A program made the translations under genes and the position numbers. The notes under the pieces are model-generated. The model did no database searches. It was not told where the DNA came from and worked only from the letters and a program-made list of their open reading frames with translations. 38,145 nucleotides of DNA from Burkholderiaceae bacterium (GTDB lineage: Bacteria; Pseudomonadota; Gammaproteobacteria; Burkholderiales; Burkholderiaceae_F): assembly GCA_035274065.1 (NCBI GenBank), contig DATEOP010000280.1, forward strand, positions 1-38,145, written 5' to 3'. Below are positions 33,955 through 38,145 of the stretch, piece after piece. Every line of letters begins with the position of its first letter. Position 1 is the first letter of the stretch.

Positions 33955-35240
33955 AAGGGCTGCTGGCACATGTACGTGCCGCATTCGGCGTCACGAAACA
34001 GCGCCGCGAGCGGACTGGTCCAACCGCGTTCGCGCTCGCCGGCTCATTGGTCGGCCTGAGCAGTACAGGTTTGAGCCGTAGTACGCGCGCATCGACAGGC
34101 TCGGCCACATTGCCCGGAATCGATGGCCCGTTGATCGCTGTCGTTGTCGCGCTGGTGCTGATCGGTACCGTGATGGTGTATTCGGCATCGATATCGCTTG
34201 CCGATTCGCCACGTTACAACGTCGCCCCCACGTATTTCCTTGTTCGTCATTTGTCGTCACTTGGCATCGCGTTCTGTGGCGCGGTAATTGCGTTTCAAAT
34301 TCCCATCGGTGTCTGGCAGCGCCTGGCGCCCTTTGTGTTCGTCGGCGCGCTAGCTTTGCTGGTGATCGTTCTAATTCCAGGTGTCGGTAAGGGCGTAAAT
34401 GGCGCGAAGCGCTGGATAGCGCTGGGCTTTCTCAACCTGCAGCCGTCGGAGCTGATGAAGGTCGCATGTGTGCTGTACGCGGCCAACTTCACTGTGCGTA
34501 AGCAGGACTACATGAACCATTTCGGCAAAGGATTTTTGCCGATGGCGTTCGTGATGGGTGCGATTGGCGTGTTGCTGCTGCTGCAGCCCGATCTGGGTGC
34601 GTTCGGCGTGATCGTGGCGATCAGCATGGGAATCCTGTTTCTAGGCGGTGTCAATGTCCGCTTGTTCACGGGCATTACCGCTGCGCTCGCATCAGTATTC
34701 GTGCTCGTTATTTGGCTGTCGCCGTGGCGCCGCGAACGCATCTTTGCCTACCTTGACCCGTGGTCCGAGGGCAATGCACTGGGCAAGTCATACCAACTCT
34801 CGCATTCTCTGATCGCGTTCGGGCGTGGCGAATGGTTTGGTGTCGGGCTCGGGGGCAGTGTCGAAAAACTGCACTACTTGCCCGAGGCGCATACCGACTT
34901 CATTCTCGCCGTCCTCGGCGAAGAACTCGGGCTCGTTGGAGTCGCAACGGTGGTTGTGCTTTTTTACTGGCTCGTCAAGCGCGCGTTTGAGATTGGCCGA
35001 CAGGCAATCGCACTTGAGCGCACCTTCGCTGGCTTGGTAGCGCAAGGGGTGGGGCTTTGGATTGGCGTTCAAACATTCATCAATGTTGGCGTCGCTACCG
35101 GACTGTTGCCCACCAAGGGTTTGACGCTTCCGCTGGTGAGCTACGGCGGATCGGCTCTGCTATCGACGCTGGCAGCAATTGCAATTCTTCTGCGCGTCGA
35201 TCGAGAGAACCGCGTGCTGATGCGCGGGGGCCGGACATGA
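33951..35240 (+). CDS. ftsW: Peptidoglycan glycosyltransferase / cell division protein FtsW (SEDS family)
   Basis: Polytopic membrane protein with [17 protein letters not shown] and [17 protein letters not shown] motifs. Confidence 0.93.
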   Translation: MKGLLAHVRAAFGVTKQRRERTGPTAFALAGSLVGLSSTGLSRSTRASTGSATLPGIDGPLIAVVVALVLIGTVMVYSASISLADSPRYNVAPTYFLVRHLSSLGIAFCGAVIAFQIPIGVWQRLAPFVFVGALALLVIVLIPGVGKGVNGAKRWIALGFLNLQPSELMKVACVLYAANFTVRKQDYMNHFGKGFLPMAFVMGAIGVLLLLQPDLGAFGVIVAISMGILFLGGVNVRLFTGITAALASVFVLVIWLSPWRRERIFAYLDPWSEGNALGKSYQLSHSLIAFGRGEWFGVGLGGSVEKLHYLPEAHTDFILAVLGEELGLVGVATVVVLFYWLVKRAFEIGRQAIALERTFAGLVAQGVGLWIGVQTFINVGVATGLLPTKGLTLPLVSYGGSALLSTLAAIAILLRVDRENRVLMRGGRT

Positions 35241-36310
35241 ATCACCTGATTGTCGTCGCCGCCGGTACCGGGGGGCATGTGATGCCCGGAATCGCAGTGG
35301 CCGAGGCGCTGCGCGCTAAAGGGTGGTCGGTCAGTTGGCTCGGTACGCGTGTCGGGATGGAACGCGAGCTCGTCGAGCCTCGCGGAATTGCATTCGACGC
35401 AATCGACTTTGCGGGCTTGCGTGGCAAGGGCTTAAAAACGTTGTTGCTCGGCGGGTTCACGTTGTTACGAGCGCTCTGGCAGAGTCGCATGCTGATTCGA
35501 GCGCGCAAGCCGCGGGTGATGTTTTCGACCGGCGGCTACATCGCTGTACCGGCCGGCATGGCAGCAAGCACACTCAGCGTGCCTCTGGTGCTGTTGAACT
35601 CGGACGCGGCGCCGTTGATGTCAACCAAGATATTGAAGTCGCTGGCATCTGCCGTGTTATGCGGCTTTGATGGGACCGCTGTAAACGTGGCCGGCGACAA
35701 GGGCCTGGTGACCGGCAATCCAGTGCGCGAAGAAATTGCGCAGATTGCGCCGCCCGAGCAGCGTTACATGGGCCGCTCCGGACCTTTGCAATTACTCGTA
35801 ATAGGCGGCAGCCTCGGTGCTCAGGTGCTGAACGAGAACGTGCCGCGCGCGCTGGCGCTGGTTCCGCCGGATTTGCGTGCGCGGGTCGTTCATCAATGTG
35901 GCGCTAAACACATTGAACCTGTACGAGCGCTGTATGCAGAGCTTGGCGTGGACGCCGAGGTGGTCGCATTCGTTGACGATATGCCGAATCGTTACGCGAA
36001 GGCAGACCTTGTTGTTTGTCGTGCCGGCGCGATCACCGTGTCCGAGCTTGCCGCTGCCGGAGTGGCGAGCGTGCTGGTTCCGCTGGTTGCGTCGACCACT
36101 TTGCATCAGCGCGTAAATGCCGAATTCATGGCTGTCAGAGGCGCTGCGATTCATCTGCCGCAGGCCGAGCTCAATGCATCGAAGCTCGCCGACTTGTTGC
36201 GCTCGCTGACGCGCGACCGCTTGTTAGCGATGGCGACGGCAGCACGGTCGCTCGAGAAGCCTGAAGCTACACAGACCGTGGCCGCGGTTATCGAGAAGGT
36301 TGCCGCATGA
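35237..36310 (+). CDS. murG: UDP-N-acetylglucosamine--N-acetylmuramyl-(pentapeptide) pyrophosphoryl-undecaprenol GlcNAc transferase MurG
   Basis: [26 protein letters not shown]-terminus. The ATG at 35237 overlaps the ftsW stop. The track ORF from 35057 is over-extended. Confidence 0.93.
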   Translation: MNHLIVVAAGTGGHVMPGIAVAEALRAKGWSVSWLGTRVGMERELVEPRGIAFDAIDFAGLRGKGLKTLLLGGFTLLRALWQSRMLIRARKPRVMFSTGGYIAVPAGMAASTLSVPLVLLNSDAAPLMSTKILKSLASAVLCGFDGTAVNVAGDKGLVTGNPVREEIAQIAPPEQRYMGRSGPLQLLVIGGSLGAQVLNENVPRALALVPPDLRARVVHQCGAKHIEPVRALYAELGVDAEVVAFVDDMPNRYAKADLVVCRAGAITVSELAAAGVASVLVPLVASTTLHQRVNAEFMAVRGAAIHLPQAELNASKLADLLRSLTRDRLLAMATAARSLEKPEATQTVAAVIEKVAA

Positions 36311-36323
36311 GTCGCAAGCTGTC

Positions 36324-37715
36324 ATGAAACACGCGGTCAAACACATTCACTTCATCGGTATCGGCGGCAGCGGCATGTCGGGTATTGCCGAAGTGTTGTT
36401 GACGCTCGGCTACCGCGTCAGTGGGTCGGATTCTGCGTCAACCGCTACAACGCGACGGCTGGCGCAACTGAATGCCACCGTCAGTCATGGCCATCGTGCG
36501 CAAAACGTGAACGGAGCCGATGCCGTTGTGGTTTCAACGGCCGTACCCGACGACAACCCGGAGGTTCAAGAAGCACGAACGAAGCGGATTCCGATCGTTC
36601 CGCGCGCGGTCATGCTGGCGGAGTTGATGCGATTGAAGCAGGGCATCGCCATTGCCGGCACGCATGGCAAGACGACGACGACTAGCCTGGTCGCCAGTGT
36701 GTTAGCTGCTGGCGGGCTCGATCCGACCTTCGTGATCGGCGGCCGTTTGAATTCCGCAGGCGCCAGTGCGCGGCTGGGAAGTGGCGATTACATCGTCGTC
36801 GAGGCGGATGAGTCCGATGCCTCGTTCCTGAATTTGAATCCAGTGCTTGCCGTTGTCACTAACGTCGACAACGATCACATGGAAACGTATGGGCACGACT
36901 TCTCGCGGCTCAGGCAGGCGTTTATCGATTTTCTGTCACGGCTGCCGTTTTACGGACGCGCGATTGTGTGTATCGATGACGTGAATGTGCGAGAGATCCT
37001 TCCGCTCGTGCGCAAGCCGCTGTTGACCTACGGCTTTGCCGACGACGCGCAGGTCCGCGCCGTTGACGCGCACGCAAACGGGACTCAAATGAATTTCCAC
37101 GTTAAGCGTGAAGGCTCCGCGGCGCTCGATATCACGCTGAACCTGCCCGGGATGCATAACGTTGCAAACGCGTTAGCGGCAGTCGCAGTAGGTATCGAGC
37201 TCGGCGTTCCAGATGCCGCGATCCAAGCCGCGCTCGCTGAGTTCACCGGCGTCGGCCGCCGGTTCGCACGACATGGGGATCTGCCGCTACCCGGGGGCGG
37301 TCAGTTCACGTTGATCGATGACTATGGACACCATCCGGCAGAGGCGACGGCCACATTGCAGGCGGCACGTGGTGCGTTTCCGAACCGTCGCATCGTGCTT
37401 GCGTTTCAACCGCATCGTTACACGCGTACTCGCGATAGCTTCGAAGATTTCGTGCGAGTGCTGGCGACTGCCGATGTATTGCTCCTGACCGATGTGTACC
37501 CCGCAGGCGAGGCGCCGATTGTTTTGGCGGATGGACGGGCGCTTGCCCGTGCGATTCGAGTGGCCGGGAAGATCGAACCGATCTTCGTCGAATCGATCGA
37601 CGAACTGCCGGCGGCGCTCCTGGATGTTGTGCGCGATGGCGATGTGGTCATTGCGATGGGCGCGGGTTCAATCGGCCAGCTTGCGTCGAAGCTGACCGGC
37701 GGTGGGGCCGAATGA
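36324..37715 (+). CDS. murC: UDP-N-acetylmuramate--L-alanine ligase MurC
   Basis: [26 protein letters not shown]-terminus and an [11 protein letters not shown]-loop. I prefer the start at 36324 over the track's 36300. Confidence 0.93.
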   Translation: MKHAVKHIHFIGIGGSGMSGIAEVLLTLGYRVSGSDSASTATTRRLAQLNATVSHGHRAQNVNGADAVVVSTAVPDDNPEVQEARTKRIPIVPRAVMLAELMRLKQGIAIAGTHGKTTTTSLVASVLAAGGLDPTFVIGGRLNSAGASARLGSGDYIVVEADESDASFLNLNPVLAVVTNVDNDHMETYGHDFSRLRQAFIDFLSRLPFYGRAIVCIDDVNVREILPLVRKPLLTYGFADDAQVRAVDAHANGTQMNFHVKREGSAALDITLNLPGMHNVANALAAVAVGIELGVPDAAIQAALAEFTGVGRRFARHGDLPLPGGGQFTLIDDYGHHPAEATATLQAARGAFPNRRIVLAFQPHRYTRTRDSFEDFVRVLATADVLLLTDVYPAGEAPIVLADGRALARAIRVAGKIEPIFVESIDELPAALLDVVRDGDVVIAMGAGSIGQLASKLTGGGAE

Positions 37716-38145
37716 AGGCGTCTGAGTTCGGAAGAGTCGGCGTTTTGTTCGGCGGGCGCTCATCCGAGCGCGAAGTGTCGATGATGTCGGGCACGGGCGT
37801 ATTGAATGCCCTGCGCGCTCGCGGCGTCGACGCACATGCGTTCGACCCAGCAACGCAATCGCTGGGCGAACTCGAGACGGCAGGCTTCGATCGCGCATTC
37901 ATTGCATTGCATGGTCGCGGTGGTGAGGATGGTTCGATCCAGGGCGTGCTCGAAACGCTGCGAATCCCATACACCGGCAGCGGAGTTCAAGCGTCTGCGC
38001 TTGCGATCGACAAGGTGTTTACCAAACGCATATGGGAAACCCACAAATTGCCGACGCCACGCTATCGCCTGATTGCGTCCGGTGAGCGCGCGCATTTGAA
38101 CGAAGTGGCCGACGAGCTGCGCTTGCCGCTGATCGTCAAGCCGCC
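37712..38145 (+). CDS. ddl: D-alanine--D-alanine ligase Ddl (N-terminal 144 codons; continues beyond the window end)
   Basis: My own translation from the ATG at 37712, which overlaps the murC stop, gives [34 protein letters not shown]...[28 protein letters not shown], typical of Ddl. It is not in the ORF track because there is no stop inside the window. Confidence 0.9.
   Translation, partial: MKASEFGRVGVLFGGRSSEREVSMMSGTGVLNALRARGVDAHAFDPATQSLGELETAGFDRAFIALHGRGGEDGSIQGVLETLRIPYTGSGVQASALAIDKVFTKRIWETHKLPTPRYRLIASGERAHLNEVADELRLPLIVKP

Noticed and set aside
1-38145. A search for CRISPR repeats, IS elements or transposases, integrases, phage genes, toxin-antitoxin pairs or known defence-system genes.
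   Set aside because: I saw no regularly spaced repeats, no terminal inverted repeats bracketing an ORF, and no proteins with recognisable transposase, integrase or nuclease motifs. Every substantial ORF is accounted for by the annotations above.

Overview
High-GC window that looks betaproteobacterial (Burkholderiales-like). This is inferred only from flhDC, the dcw gene order and protein motifs; no database search was possible. It has four blocks.

(1) 1-2000: the 5' part of a TPP-dependent enzyme gene on the minus strand, which runs off the window edge and is missing from the ORF track, plus two small genes.

(2) 2000-7600: a compact set of flagellar regulators with no structural flagellar genes. 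It holds a PilZ/YcgR-like protein, flhDC, a fliT-like gene translationally coupled to ycgR, a hypothetical gene, fliA (sigma-28), and short flgN-like and flgM-like ORFs.

(3) 7700-22900: a dense signalling island with four histidine kinases and three response regulators. These are a soluble HisKA_2 kinase with about eight PAS repeats paired with a REC-ANTAR regulator and a zinc-ribbon membrane protein; a kinase with no recognisable sensor domain; a Cache/HAMP/GAF/PAS hybrid kinase with two REC domains and an Hpt; a REC-PAS-GGDEF-EAL protein; and a NarL-type regulator with a REC-HisKA_3 kinase.

(4) 22960-38145: RNase P RNA (rnpB, read directly from the DNA and masked by spurious ORFs in the track), type II NADH dehydrogenase, and a canonical dcw cluster: mraZ-rsmH-ftsL-ftsI-murE-murF-mraY-murD-ftsW-murG-murC-ddl (partial).

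Most other ORFs in the track are antisense or out-of-frame artefacts of high GC content. I saw no CRISPR array, transposase, integrase, tRNA or rRNA.

The most interesting items are:
- an orphan intrinsic terminator with a sigma-28-like promoter and a 32-codon PPPP-containing ORF, lying in the flhDC upstream region ahead of fliT-ycgR;
- the regulator-only flagellar island with truncated FlgM/FlgN;
- the PdtaS/PdtaR-like (HisKA_2 + ANTAR) pair with a giant PAS array;
- an in-frame 41-aa insertion that separates the I-site from the GGDEF motif.

All functional calls rest on motif recognition by eye and need HMM/BLAST confirmation.
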